A stretch of DNA of 62,902 nucleotides, filler included, from Platydemus manokwari (lineage: Eukaryota), in NCBI GenBank assembly GCA_037951405.1. It is 5 parts of 5 records of this genome, joined end to end, with 100 filler letters (N's around TTAATTAATTAA, not from the genome) between each part and the next. Parts side by side here need not be neighbours in the genome. Positions count along the whole stretch, not along the records: positions 1 to 15,037 come from JBBMOY011358093.1; positions 15,138 to 24,443 come from JBBMOY011268429.1; positions 24,544 to 35,050 come from JBBMOY011128330.1; 2 more parts are not named here. One strand, 5' to 3'. Position numbers and translations under genes: made by a program. Below, piece by piece: positions 13,756-27,900 of this stretch. The notes below the pieces were generated by a model. The model searched no databases. It was not told the DNA's origin and saw only the letters and a program-made list of their open reading frames with translations. Every line of letters begins with the position of its first letter. The first letter of the stretch is position 1.

Positions 13756-15037
13756 TCACTTACTAATTTGTAGGTAGCATGCAAAATGTATAAAAAATAT
13801 CATCATTTGAAATCATGAACGTAAATATCATGCACTAAGACAAACAAACTACAAAACAATACAAATCGAACAACGTCAATATCAAGATTGAGTTGTCATC
13901 AATGTATTGTGCAACATGATTGAAGTTATCCACTAATTTACAACATGCACATTTGAACCCACGTGCGACGTAAGGAACCTATAACCAGATGTCCAGTTGG
14001 AATCAAATTATCGTCAGGACTAGAAGACCTAATCAGTTGGATTGAATATCGATCATCAAATTATCAAAAAAAAAACATGAAACTTGAATTAATTATTGAC
14101 AATCATGATTATAATGATGATAATTATAACTGTATCAATATTGTTCTGACAATGTCTATCGAAACCATTCATCACCAATCCGATAGTGCATGTCCAGTTC
14201 TTTACCAAAGCTCCAAACCGGCAAAAAAATCTAATGATTCAAAAAACATTCGAACTGAACTCCATGGAAATTGGAATGGGAAAAATAATTGAAGTGATAC
14301 AAATTAAAAATCTCCAATAATCGATCAACGAATAGAAATAATAAAACCACTAAAAAAATTTAAAAAAAAACAACGAAATGAGAAAAATTCTGACAATTCC
14401 ACAATATAGTTTGTTATCGAACCAAATTAATCGTTAAACCGATTGGAATCTATCATAAAGCGGTCAATTAGAACGATGTAATACAATAGAATCTGTGAGA
14501 TTGAAACTGATTAGAATATTGATGGAGTTATTTGATTTCTAATAAGCTTGTTTTAATAATCGATTTCATATGGCCGTATGTACGAAGACAATATATTTTC
14601 TCGATGAAACTTCTTTGTGATTTCCGGTGAATTTTATTGTCAATTAAACAAAGATCCACTAAAAAAATGATTAAAAGAAAATCAAGTGCCGATTGGTAGG
14701 AGAAAAAAAATCAATAAATTTTAATATATATGTGTGTTTTAAAGGAATTGAATTTCGCCATTCCGGTTGTGTGAATGTATTATAAACATAATTTTGAGCT
14801 TAAATAAACAAATATCACTGGAAATCAGATGTTCGGATAAAAATCGAAATGAAATAATCGATAAAATTTATAAATCATGATCAGATATCATGGTAATTGA
14901 TAGAATCGAAAATGCTATTAGAACCTCTGTGAATGTTTATAATAAAATGATATTGCCATGGAAATCAACATCAATACCATTTAATTGCATTTTGTTAATA
15001 GATACAATTTTAATATGCTGATCACTTTGAACTAATT

Positions 15038-15137
15038 NNNNNNNNNNNNNNNNNNNNNNNNNNNNNNNNNNNNNNNNNNNNTTAATTAATTAANNNNNNN
15101 NNNNNNNNNNNNNNNNNNNNNNNNNNNNNNNNNNNNN
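15038..15137. other. Assembly gap linker N44-TTAATTAATTAA-N44
   Basis: Identical 100-nt construct occurs four times; TTAATTAATTAA gives stops in all six frames. Confidence 0.97.
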
Positions 15138-15336
15138 AAATTTAGTAAGTAGTGATGAAGTGAAAAATAAATTAATAATTATATCGAGAATATTTTTTAA
15201 ATATTTTGTTTATATATATAATGCTAACAAATAGAGGTTATATGTTAAATACCATAATTATATTAACAAAATACTTAAAAAATATTCTCGATATAATTAT
15301 TAATTTTTTTTTCACTTCATCACTACCTACTGAATT
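15138..15336. repeat. Long inverted repeat (foldback or MITE-like hairpin)
   Basis: 15138-15210 is the near-exact reverse complement of 15265-15336 (about 3 mismatches and 1 indel), with a ~54-bp spacer. The left arm abuts the gap. Confidence 0.85.
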
Positions 15337-17187
15337 TTTTTTATCCACCTGAAAACAATTTATGCTACTAAAGAACAGTGAGTTAAATTATTTATTGATC
15401 AATAAACTTTAAGTAGAGCTAATTTTATGTATTGAACTAATTCAATATTTGTAATAAGATTCGGAAGACATGTTTATAGAGACTCTACCCTTGTTTCATT
15501 TTTTCGACTAATCAACAGACGACCATTATGTTGAGGTTTTTAAAAAAAGTAACTGCGAGTATTTTTAATTGAATTAAGTTTTTAAATATGTAATTTAATA
15601 TAAAATTATATTAATTTGTTTATATCATTGTATGTTGGAATTCCGGGAAAATAACATTAAACATTTTGCATGAAAATTGATTTGATGTATAAAAGAAGCA
15701 TTTTTTATCGTTTTATTGTAAAAAATATTAACCCTGATGTGCAATTCTTATATTTTTGTTTCTATATTTAATCGAAGCAGAATGTTAAATGAATTCCAAT
15801 CTATTAAAAATAGTTTGATATTTTTAGTCATTAATAATAATGTTAATAATAACAACGATTTGATCGAAATTGTAAATAGTTAAAAATCGGATAAAATATT
15901 TTATCATAATTAACATAATAAAAGTTTTAATTTATGATAAGTTTTTAGTTAAATCTTTTTATCATATTTAAATACAATAATAATTTAGGACTTATTAATT
16001 TGGAATAATTTAGGATGAAATTCGTAGTAATATTGGTAAAAAAGAATTAACTAAAATGAAAAAAGGTTAATAATTTTCATTTTCCACTTAGCGACTAAAA
16101 ATTATCAATTTTTAAATCCCTGTTTTTCTCGAAATTACCCTTATATAAATATAATCGTTAACAATAAAACCCGCATGGCAACCAAGTCAGAAAATTAATT
16201 CCATTGAATTGTGAAAACTTGTCACAATTAATTTGAAAAGGAGACCCGCATATTTTATTCAACACGAATAAATCCCCATTGTTCGTGAAACATATATATG
16301 GCAGTAGAACATCATACGCCTTGCCCGTTTTGAAGAAACCACTAGGATTGTGTGTAGTATGAACCGATAATTGAAAAGGACAATTTTGCCACCGAAGCCA
16401 GCCAATTTCTCTGAAGCCGTGCGATCGAGTTTATGCCTTATAGTAATATAGGAAGAGTATTTAATTATACTATCCATCCGAAGTTAAGATCACCTAAGAA
16501 TAATTCCTATAAAATACGTATTGCCCTATGGTATATTTCGTATATTCTTCCTATTTATCAAGCCGAGCTCGAAAAACACTCTGAAGAAAGGACACTGACC
16601 TAATAGCACGAAGGGTAACTGTTGGTCCAACATCTGCTTCCATTGAAATGCACATCAAGCTTATTTTCCAACGTTTCAGTTTATAAAAGTAGTTGTATAA
16701 AATCACTGTATATTTTAGTTAATAATTGCATATAAGTCGTAATTCATAGCCCCATAATCGTAAAAAAGTAGTAATTCATAATTTGATGTATAACTGTAAT
16801 AACAATAAACTATTGTAAACTATATATTGAGTTGATTTTTGAATTGCCAGTTGGTCTAAGGCATCACAAATCCATAATATATATAAATCATTGTCATTCA
16901 TCAGCGATTTTTGGAATGGTTTTGTTAATTAGAGAGACTGATAATAATAGTGAGGAGAGAACAATAAAGGCAAGAGACTGTGAAATTATAATAATATCGA
17001 TATCTACGTCGATCCACTTATCGTCACATAAGTTGCGATCATCGAGGGGAAAGAATGTCAATGCATATAAGTTCAGAATACTACCTGAGGGTCAGAACGG
17101 ACTCAGACGTAGTTATCGATCAATCAAAAAGAATAATAATAAAGAATAAAAGAGAATGACCCCAAAGCGTATCATGTATTTAAATGT

Positions 17188-17609
17188 ATAATTTTCTGTC
17201 ATGGCTGTTTAGTTCGTTTGCAATTGGTGCTTTATAAAATCGGGATTCGATTCTGAGAAGATCAATGACTGAAAATTATAGAAGAGAGGGAGGATGTTGG
17301 GAAGATATAAACATGCAGAGAAGATATAAATGCAATATATAAAAGATATAAAGATATATATAATTAGAGATTTTTAGGTAGATAAATATGTAGAGTATTC
17401 GATATAATGTCATTTAAGGATTCAAAGAAAATCAAAAAATTAATGAAAGAGAGATGTGAGAATTTCGAATTTAATTAAATTATTTCATATTTGATTTTAT
17501 ATAAAATTGTACTAATTTGTTTATATAATGGTATTTAAATACATTATTTGGTGTTGTGACTTTTTAGCTCGTTTTCAGTGCGTGTTATATAAAATAGTAG
17601 CGGCTAACA
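17188..17609 (+). mobile_element. TRIM-like element, copy 2 (PBS deleted, intact 3' LTR 17455-17609)
   Basis: PPT gaaagagaga followed by TGTGAG...gcggctaaCA; partial 5' LTR and ggattcgattctgagaagatcaa internal start. Confidence 0.75.
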
Positions 17610-20557
17610 TTAACTAAAATAAAACAATGTTTCCATGACATTATATATTAAATTTTCTTGTATTCCTTTTATCTTGAATTTGATCAATATTTGTTTTAAA
17701 ATTGACGATTCCTGGAAAGCATTCTAAAATCAGTTTATCAAAATAATATTTATAAAATAATATATTGGATATTTACAAAAATTACTTTCCATAAATACTT
17801 AATGATCAAAACCCATGAAAATAAATTTATCTATGAAATAATAACCCGTACTAATCAAAATCATACATCAGCTATCTCCTATTATCGAGTTTATCTCAAA
17901 CATCTTGAAAGGTAACTGGTTTTGCAACAAGAGACTGAAGCTTATCCACCGCCTTTCGTAATCTGGGAATTGTTAGGGTCTGTTAAAATCTCTGATGTAT
18001 AGTAAGGCATTAAAATCAACTGGTAATTTATGTTTTATTATTTTATTTAGTCGTCAATTTGTATCTTTGTTGTTTAATAATAAATATTTGTAGTAAGAAT
18101 TCTTAGTTATTGGTTTAATAGAAATAGATCATCTGTCTTTATCAGCCGTGTGAGCATAATTAGGAATTAAAATATTGTGCATAAACTCAGACTGATAGTA
18201 AAGATATGTCGCTATTGCCACACTTATTGTCTTCATACAATAAAGTTGTGTGGGATGAAGATATTAATAATTATAAGGTTCTGTTCATAAAAAACCAAAA
18301 TATTCATGGATATGATGGAAATAACCCTGAAAGTGTTGATAAGCACTAAATGAATAAGTGCATGTGCCACTAGTCAATCGGATTCCTTCTATATATCAAA
18401 ATGTATTTAGAAGTCAATTATCAACTGGCGTATACCAAAAAGAGGCAACAAAGACCAATGGTAAGAGAGACGTAAGAGAAATTGCTGATTAATGAAACAA
18501 AAAAATCAATAAGACCCAAGCATAACAATTATATCCTGCATGGGCTTTAATAAATGATTTTTTAAAATGGCCTTTGTGATTGGGGCTCTTTTAGATTTCT
18601 TGTTACAGTTTAACTCAATACTAGCAAGTTCGTGCCATTCATTCTAAAAACTTAAATATGTTAAATAATTAGCATGAATATACTCGAACTTATATTATTT
18701 TAAGTTATTAGTTTGATTCCTTGAAAATTGACGAAAATTATGATTTTTAATATTCGACTTAAAGTTTTTGGCTTTTTTTCGAAAGTAAAATTTTTATTTT
18801 TTTATTATTTATCGCAAAAAAACTATTCAATTCCATAAAAATTTATTTAGAAAAATACACATTGTTCCAAATATATAAACAAATCCAATGTCTTAAATTT
18901 TGTTTTTGGGATGTTTTTCAACCACTCAATTCTTTGAGATATTATCTGGCACTGGAAATTTAAAAGGACATGACGTGAGGTTAAAAATTTCAAAATTGTG
19001 TAAGGACCTTCATAACGATCTCCGTTCTTCTTTATCTTGTGTGGTTCTTTATTAAAACTTCATTTATGATCACGAGAAATCGACAACTTCTTTTTTCAGC
19101 ATCAAATTTTCTTAAGTTTATGGTCACTATTTTCAACTGGTTTTTCGTTTCTTTTCTTATCTGGTCATGTTGACTTGGTTCATTTAAACTTAATACATGC
19201 ATGTTAATTTATTACAAGCCTGTTTCTCTGATGCCAGCGATGTTACCACCATGTGTCGGACTGTCCTTATCTTAATTCCATTTGCAAAAATTCTATTTCA
19301 AAGTTACCTTTAACATAAAAATTTCCTCTCTTTATGGTATTTTAATTTGATTTGTTGATTATTAAATTATCATTCATTTCTATTGTTCTGATTTGTTTGA
19401 TTGATTTGAAAAACTATCACTGTTTATTTGTTGTGGATATGCCCTTAATTATTATAACTATTGTGAGTGCCAATCTTTTGGGTGAATCAATCAATCCATC
19501 ATGCTATGAATGAATTGACCTTCAATTATTTATTATATTGAATTCAATAAAACAAGAATATTCACCAAAAATTTCTCAATTGATAATTGAAACAAATACC
19601 AAATTTAATACATTCATATAACGGTATTGCCTTTTGTTTAAAAAATTATCAATCGATTACTTTGCTACAGTCACAATAAAATCAATGTTTAATAAATCGG
19701 ACACCTTAGAAAGATTATTCAACTTATTAAGGTTCAGATATTATAAGGTTTTATTTGGTTGACTTAAACAATAGGATTGATTCAGAGTTGAAATTCGAAT
19801 TATGGAGGATTTATTTGGATTTTGAGTTATAGTACTATCGTAAAACGTTGCAGAACTCAAAACTCAAAAATTACAAAAAGCTCGTTTTTCGATTGGTCTA
19901 TATTGCTAATTTCACTATAATACCGATAATTGTGTTTTTCATAATAAAGTCTCAATAAGTCATATTATTTCCAGCCGGCCTTTTGTTTTGATATTCTTCT
20001 AAAGAATTCCTTATGTCGAACAAAAACAGACCGAAATCACTCACTAAATCAGTATCTTTGTTCCTAACTTCTATCTGTTCAGTTGCGAACACTATTTTTA
20101 ATTTGGATTATCAGCTCCTATTATTTCATAAATACACATGAACGAACTGAAAAGCCACAAAACATGCAAGCATATTTTATTAATTTATTTAAACAAATAA
20201 AATTAAAAATTTATATCTAAGTACACATTATAATTTTTTTTTAATTTGTATTCACTGTAAAATCTTTACACTTATAATAATCTTTTATTTAAGAATATCC
20301 ACAATCTCATAGTTACATAGAAAAATACAAAATAGCATTAAAATAATAGTTGCAAATAGTGGATATTTTAAACAAAACAAAAAATATTTTTCTGTAGAAA
20401 ATAAAAATAAAATTGATAATGTAAAAACATAGTTCAACTTATAAGAATAATGAAAATTATTTCGACTCATGTAAAGGTAAATGGAAAATGAATTCATTAA
20501 ATAACACGAGTTGACTACAATCAATATATTTAAATTTATTTCTTTTATCCTCCATAT

Positions 20558-22259
20558 CAGTGGTTTTCAACCTTTTTGCTGGAGAGGAACCCCACGGAAA
20601 CATTTCTCTGCCTCGAGGAACCACTGTGTAATAATTTAATTATTTTATGCAGAAAACAGTATTTATTTTTTAAAATGAAATAAAAGTATTTATGTTCAGT
20701 GTATTGTACATGTTTGTTGATGAAATGAAAACAAATTTGTATATGTTTGAATAGACTAAATTTATTCTTATCAAAAACTCAGTGCGAAATTTATGCCTAG
20801 TGTTTCTTGCACAACTTTTCAAGATTCGGTCGTGTTTTTGACAGATACTCATGATGTTCATCTTTCACAAACAGCAATTGTGCTCGATTCTTGTGTTTGG
20901 TGGTTGTCAGAGCTGAAAATCGAAATTCACACAAATATGAGATCGAAAAATGCACAAGAAGTCGTAGCGCTTTCTGGGCAATTGCAGGATATTCCTTTTC
21001 AACCGCCAACCAAAAAATAGAAATGCAAACCTAACAGTGGTAGAACTAAGTGATCTTTCAAGTGTAGCGAGTTTAATTATGTTAAATTTAGTATATTTAA
21101 ACAATAAATAATGTTAGGATAATATACCCATGCAGGCTGAAAGACTTATAATAGATAATAATAAATTATGATACATAATGATAAATTATAATACATAATG
21201 TTAATAATAATAAGAATTATCGAAAAATTCCAACACACGTTGATTAAATTATAGGCTTGTATATTAATAATTACTAGAAAATTTTTAAAGGAAACATGAT
21301 TACTAATTCACGTTGCCATATCAATAATAGGCGTTAGCATAGGAAATGGAAATATAAATTCAAATCGTCATAACAACGTTGAATATCACCAAGGAGACCG
21401 AAAAATAAAATAGAAATTAACCATTAGCCCACATCTCCAAATACTATAAACTAATCTCAATCGCAGCTGTTTTGAGGTGATCCATAGATCGTGATTATTG
21501 AAAAAAACTATTGACGCTCCAGTGCTATATTCGTCAAGTCATCAAGCTTCAGTACGACTCTATAAATATCATCTTCCAATTCTTTACTCAGCGAATATTA
21601 TCTTTCAATTTTATACTCGACGAAATTTAAATTGTTCGATTGTTAAACTAATATCATTCTCCGACAGGAGATTTGTTATCAGAAATTAATACATCTCCCA
21701 AAGTCGTAATTGAATTTGTGAGTATTAAACTCAAATCTTCTTTAGTTTATACATTGCAATGAGGCGCCACTTAGTTCCTTCCGGCGGTTTTTCATTACTG
21801 ATAAAACTCTTCAGGGCACGACAGCTTTATCTTTCTAAATTCAAATCACATCACATATTTGTTAATTTGTAGTATAATACAGTATTTTACTGTAATAGTC
21901 TCATTATTATTATAATCTATATCATAATACACGCAACCTAATTAATCTGTGTAGTTTCAGATATTGGTGGAAACATCAATCTCTAGCTCGCAGTCCTACA
22001 CCGAATAATATAGTAGATTATCGATTGTAAAATCTTTGATTTATTATTAATCTCTCACCAAAGAACCCGAACCAACCGGTTTTCATCAATAATAATAAAA
22101 TAATAAAAATAATAATAAAAATAAAATAGATTTTCTAAATTAAATTTAACATGTATTTTATTTGTTTGTTGTTCGAATTTAGAAATTTAGAAACTGTAGA
22201 CCCTTGGAGTGTACTGGTGGGACCCTAAAGTTTTATTGAACCCTAATTAAAAAAGACTT
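20558..22259 (-). mobile_element. Internally deleted hAT (Buster/Charlie-type) DNA transposon
   Basis: TIR CAGTGGTTTTCAACC at 20558. Minus ORF 20797-21009 (EYPAIAQKALRLLVHFSISYLCEFRFSAL...KHKNRAQL) resembles the hAT C-terminal dimerisation domain. Far end weak: degenerate TIR at ~22245-22259, flanks ctccatat/ctcaaaat match 6/8. Confidence 0.7.
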
Positions 22260-23242
22260 CTCAAAATCAATTGCAACGAAGTCTCTGACGATATTGATTC
22301 TTTCGAATCGGTGCTCATCACACTTTTTCAACCAGCTATGTAAAAAGTAGACTAATTGTTGTACGTTTTAAATATTGAATATAAATGTATTTCGAGTGTT
22401 TTTATTTGGAACAGTTTGTTTTATGAAGTCAACTTAAAGATACTCTTTATACAAAATCATCTGAGGGGTTAAAGGTACCACAAAATAAACTCTTATAGAA
22501 GAAACAAACGAAAATATAGAACATCAAAACAAACGCACAAATTTTATATCATATGAAGAACCCGCTAATTGTGAACATTCAAAATGTTCTCCATTGATAA
22601 TGTTGATCTTTTATCAATCTTACGATTAAATTTATTTTTACCTTTTTTAAAACAACAATCTTAACAACAGTAGTGCTGATCTTGTTGTGATATCATGATT
22701 CGGTTTATTCTTTCCGTGATTTCAATATCTGGAAAAACTTTTATCCCCGTAAATAGCTTATAATTATTGAATCTGGTTTGTTATCTATTTGTCATTAACT
22801 GATTTGCTAAATCCAAAAATTTATTCCTGTTCTCACAAAGATCTGGATTCCGGATTTCATTAAGCTTGCGATTATTGGAGTAAATTATCTTACAATGTTA
22901 TTAAATCGGCTTGAATCCATGTTCAGCCTGCATTACTTTACAATCAATTTCAAATTATTATTAAATTAAAGAAAAATAAAATTAAACAGAAATTAAATGA
23001 CTCTCAAATTGGTAGATGTCGATTATCGAATATAATGTTTATGAAGACCTCCATAGAAATTTATGCAAATCAATGTTTAAAAATAATCTTTTCATATATT
23101 TATATCCAAACCAAAACACATCCCACTGAGAATTTTTATTCTTACAATGTCAGGATAACCAATTAAAATGCGTTCGAATAGTGTATAAAATATTCCTTTA
23201 AAATTCTGTTTTTCATTTCAATCAAAGATTTCATCTTTTAAA

Positions 23243-24226
23243 ATGTGCGATTCCTATCACGTGGGCTTATTAATTAATTATGTGATGACGATTTATCCAC
23301 CAATATGGTTGATTATTGGATGTTTTAATAATTTTATAATATTTATTTTGATGACATCGATATTGATGAAACGAAGATCAAATCAAGATCATGTGACCAT
23401 TTATTATTTGATGTTATCGATTGGGGATTTTTTTAGTTGTATATTTAAATTGATACCAAGATGGTTGAATCAAGCATTCAAAATCGATTTGAGTTCGTAT
23501 TCGGAATTTTTGTGTCGAATACTCCCAAGAACAGTTCCATTCACAATTAGTGATTTCAGTATATGGCTTGTTGTCATATTAACAGTGGATAGATTCACGA
23601 GAATATATTTTCCCATTCAATTTAAGATTATTTTCAAATTGAAAACCATCTATATTACATTTGTTGTAATATTCATTCTTATTTTTGGCAAGAATATTAT
23701 CTTTTGTTTTGAATATACAATTAACCCCACCACATGCTCGTTCAATAACAACACAGTGTTTTCGAAATATTTATCATCTGGTATTGATAAAGTTATATCT
23801 TTAGTTACCGTTTCTTTTCTTCCTGTGACAATTGTTTTCGTGTTGAACATTTTAATACTCATTAAGTGGAAGAAACTTTTTCCAAAGGATGCAAAATCAG
23901 CATCGGATAATGTGAACAAAAACGGTACGAGAGTATTTCTAGCGGTATCTATTTCTTTTTTCATATTTCTCACCCCATTCTTTATAGTACTGTCATTTTT
24001 ACGGTTCCCATTTCCAAATAATTGCATTCGTTTACATTATATTGCCGTGCTTAATATAACGGAAAGCATTTTTTTGCTTAATCATATTACGAACTTGTAT
24101 TTTTATATTTTATATTCAAAGGCATATAGAATGGCATTGATGGATGTATTAAAGAAATTAGGTTTGATGCGATTCCGAATTCACATTTCATCTGGAGATA
24201 ATGAGATAGATGAAACCAATGTTTAA
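23243..24226 (+). CDS. Rhodopsin-class (family A) GPCR, orphan peptide-receptor-like, intronless
   Basis: Seven hydrophobic segments: IIGCFNN (TM1), LSIGD (TM2), Cys before TM3, LTVDRF (DRY variant), FLP..I..LN (TM5), FIFLTP (TM6), NHITNLYFY (NPxxY variant) and helix 8 SKAYR. Confidence 0.9.
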   Translation: MCDSYHVGLLINYVMTIYPPIWLIIGCFNNFIIFILMTSILMKRRSNQDHVTIYYLMLSIGDFFSCIFKLIPRWLNQAFKIDLSSYSEFLCRILPRTVPFTISDFSIWLVVILTVDRFTRIYFPIQFKIIFKLKTIYITFVVIFILIFGKNIIFCFEYTINPTTCSFNNNTVFSKYLSSGIDKVISLVTVSFLPVTIVFVLNILILIKWKKLFPKDAKSASDNVNKNGTRVFLAVSISFFIFLTPFFIVLSFLRFPFPNNCIRLHYIAVLNITESIFLLNHITNLYFYILYSKAYRMALMDVLKKLGLMRFRIHISSGDNEIDETNV

Positions 24227-24443
24227 GTTATGTGTTTATTTTCGATAAAAATTCGGAAAATTTAAATATTTAAAGCACTTACACAAAGACTTTGTTATGT
24301 ACACACCAATTATGAATGTTTACATTGTATTTATTTGTTTTAATTCATGTTTTTTTTATTGTTTTTGTTTATCAATATATAATCCATTTTTGACTTGAAA
24401 TGTTTTAGTAGCAATGACTTCAGATAATAATAATAATAATAAT

Positions 24444-24543
24444 NNNNNNNNNNNNNNNNNNNNNNNNNNNNNNNNNNNNNNNNNNNNTTAATTAATTAAN
24501 NNNNNNNNNNNNNNNNNNNNNNNNNNNNNNNNNNNNNNNNNNN
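24444..24543. other. Assembly gap linker
   Basis: N44-TTAATTAATTAA-N44. Confidence 0.97.
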
Positions 24544-24611
24544 AAATCTCAATCAAAATCTTTTTCAATTTTATTCTTTTAATAAAAAACGGACATTACT
24601 TTTCGGATGAC

Positions 24612-24650
<39 letters not shown>

Positions 24651-24994
24651 CTCAGTATTAGTTGACATAATGGTTATGAAACATAAAATAGATTTATCTG
24701 AGGGATGAAAAGTGGTAGATCATGAATCTCTTTGTAATATCAAATTGTCTTTAAAATCGCTTGTCTTTTGCAAATTTATCAAATCGGTTTTTTAAAACTA
24801 TTAAAAAACAAGAGTCGATTTGTATCACAATTTATCTTTGACAAAACCCATTTATTTTTAGAAAACATAGAATATTGTGACCCACCAAAAACTGTGCAAT
24901 CCAGATATTTATTGATATGTAATAATACGATTTGCATCAAAATCAACAAATTAAAAAAGTTGAAAAATAATTTGTAACAAATAAATTCAAATTT

Positions 24995-27900
24995 CTATCT
25001 TGGTCGATGAGTAGCATTAAATCGTGGTCTCGATCTCATATCAATGGTTGCAGTTGGATTTGAATAGCTACAAAATATATAACAACTACTTATCGAATAT
25101 TATTAGAAAATGTGTACTTTTTAATTTTCTCAACAATTTGATTGATATTCCGACCCAATTTGCTATTTGGACCATTCTGAAGTTCTTCAATAAGAAGTGC
25201 CTTGAAGATAAAAAATCAATCAACTAATTATAAATTTGCTTGATATTTAAGTTTTCCAATAAAATAACTGAAGCTGCCAAATTAAAACGACATCGATTTG
25301 TTATTTATTTAAAGCAATTTTCCATCGGAATATCAATTAAATAAGCATTAAAATGATTGAAGATTTTAAAATGAATTTAAATTAGAGTTTTATATTCAGA
25401 ATATATATTGAAAATATCAACTTATTTCCAATAATGTCTTTATGCCTTGTTACATGGATTTGTTTTCATGGCATGTTTTATGAAATACTTGAAGTTTTTT
25501 TCAAATCCGAAATCGTATACACACTTTAAAATTCAACTAGCCGCTGTTTCGCAATATTTTGTGTGTGAAAGGCTTTATAAACAACCAGTTCGTTGTTGAT
25601 CCTTGTGGTAAAAGTCTTATTTTTAAAATTATTTATTATTATAGCCCGCTAATATTTAATGAAGGACGTATTAACAATGAAAGTCACAGCATATTTCATA
25701 TTTATACAATTTTTTACTTTTATACTTAACCATATTAATAAATCAAATTAATATTTTTAATACAAATTCTATGTATAAATTTTTATAATTTTAGTTCATT
25801 TTAAAATCTTCACAATAATATAATAATAATAATAATTTAAATTATGAAAACCTTTGTTTTATTATAATTAACATATTTTTAACCTTTTTATAATATTTCA
25901 ACGCATTTGACATATCCTCATTCGACAGATGCAAAGAACCAATTAATTGACTCGTAGCCAATATTTGTTCGGAATATTCACCAAACACTATTTTTTCTTT
26001 TTTATAATTTGTTAACAATTTTGTCATTGCTTCCTAAGTTAAATCTGAGACTTGTATAAAGAATTCAAAACTAACAGTTTTTCGATCACATCTAATTAAA
26101 ATGCAGGCTATATCGTGTTCGATTTCACAAATCAATGGATGGTTATCACCGTGGATTAAAATCAGAGATTGAATACAATCATTTAAATAAGTTTCTGCTG
26201 TTTCTGTGGATTAAAAATATAATAATTTAATATTATTTGCATGAAAATTAGCAAAATTAACATAATAATAAATAAATAAATAAATAAATAAGGTTAATTT
26301 TAGTAATTAATTAATTGTTAAAAATTGGTTTTTTATAGATTTAATCGATGTCATAAAATCATAGAAACTTTAATAATGACGCAAGCTAATAAATCTTTTG
26401 ATTCATAAAATGGATTTTACATCATTAATAACTTTCATTATATTAAAGTTGCCCAACCAGTTAATCGTGATAATTTGCTTTAAAATCTGATATTGGAGTA
26501 ATGTTTTGTCGTGTCTAAATGAGAAATATTAAATTAACTGATTACATTTAATTGACATCTTTGATTTTTACTAAGCTATTCAAAGTTAAATAGACGCATT
26601 CAACCACAAATGTTGAGAGAAATCATATATTAACAATGCATTTTGAACAACAATTTCATGTGATATTGATATTTAATTGAGTTTAAAAGTTATTCTTTGG
26701 AATCTTCGCTAAGTAAAAGCATTTACTCAATTAAATGTGGTAATTCTGCACATTTGCGAGAAACGCAAAACTATGCTTCCACTATCATTATAACCTTCTC
26801 ATGTTCACAAGAAATATTTTATAATGTATTTCACAGTACCGAGAAAATTTAATTGAGGTTAATTCTGAAATTCAGCTTATTGAATATGCCTGAGAGTCAA
26901 TATCAGGTGGATTATATATCTTGGAATTTACAAAATGGATTCATTGCAAATATTTAGATAGCAAATCAAATGAATAATATTTTTAACCTTTTATTTAGAA
27001 AAGTTAGAAAAACAATTATAATAATTGAAATATTTATTCTTATATTCGTTTTACTTTCAAAATAAAGTAAATAAGTTTCGAAATTAAGATAAAGAAACCA
27101 AAGAATTATAAATTCGAAACATTTTAGATATTTATAATAAAGATATAGATACATTAAAGATAATTAATTAATTAATTAGGTAATTAATATAAATAACTGA
27201 AGCAATTTTTTATATTTTAATAAACAATAATTATTTTAGGCTAATCAATAAATTGGGGGAAAACATGTAATGGTATCGTGGTGTGGTCATAATTACAATA
27301 TTTCAATAAATACATATCAACTTTATTGAAGGAATAAATTGGAAGTCTTATTATATTTTCATACTCTAAAATATCTTCACGTCTCAGACATTTTCACTTT
27401 AGAAAATTTTAAATTTACCATGATACAGTATAAGATAATGATAACTGATTTGTTGAGACACAGTTGTAATTAATCAAATTTCTAATTATCAAACACATTA
27501 AAGACAAAAAAGAAAATACGATTTTCTTATAAAATTTTTATTTGTAATTAAAAGAATTGAAATAAATTTTCACTTAAAAATTTTAAATCTTTTTCAAACA
27601 TTTTAACCAATAGATGTTGAGTTAAAACAAATTTTTATTATTGCACATTTTATTTAAATTTAATTTAGATATTTAAATATCAAATGATAAATATGGAAAA
27701 CATTGATGAAAGAGAATGTATAATTTGTTATGATCAGATTAATTCACATATGATTACAATCGGTGGTTGTAATCACAGATATTGTTTGATGTGTGGACTA
27801 GAAGCATTTAGAGTTAAAATGAATTGTCCTCTTGATAAAAGTGATGTCAAACAAATCACAGTTCTCTCCAACAGTATTGATGAAGATGAAAAAGAAATTT

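Noticed and set aside
13940-14700. Higher-complexity segment including ORF 13963-14292 and possible minus-strand exons
   Set aside because: No consistent spliced frame or recognisable domain.
15082-15093. Palindrome TTAATTAATTAA recurring four times between N runs
   Set aside because: Artificial six-frame-stop scaffold linker; adjacency across these gaps is also uncertain.
23650-24027. Antisense ORFs overlapping real genes (also 5092-5286, 10941-11253, 61216-61548)
   Set aside because: Shadow ORFs of the coding strand.
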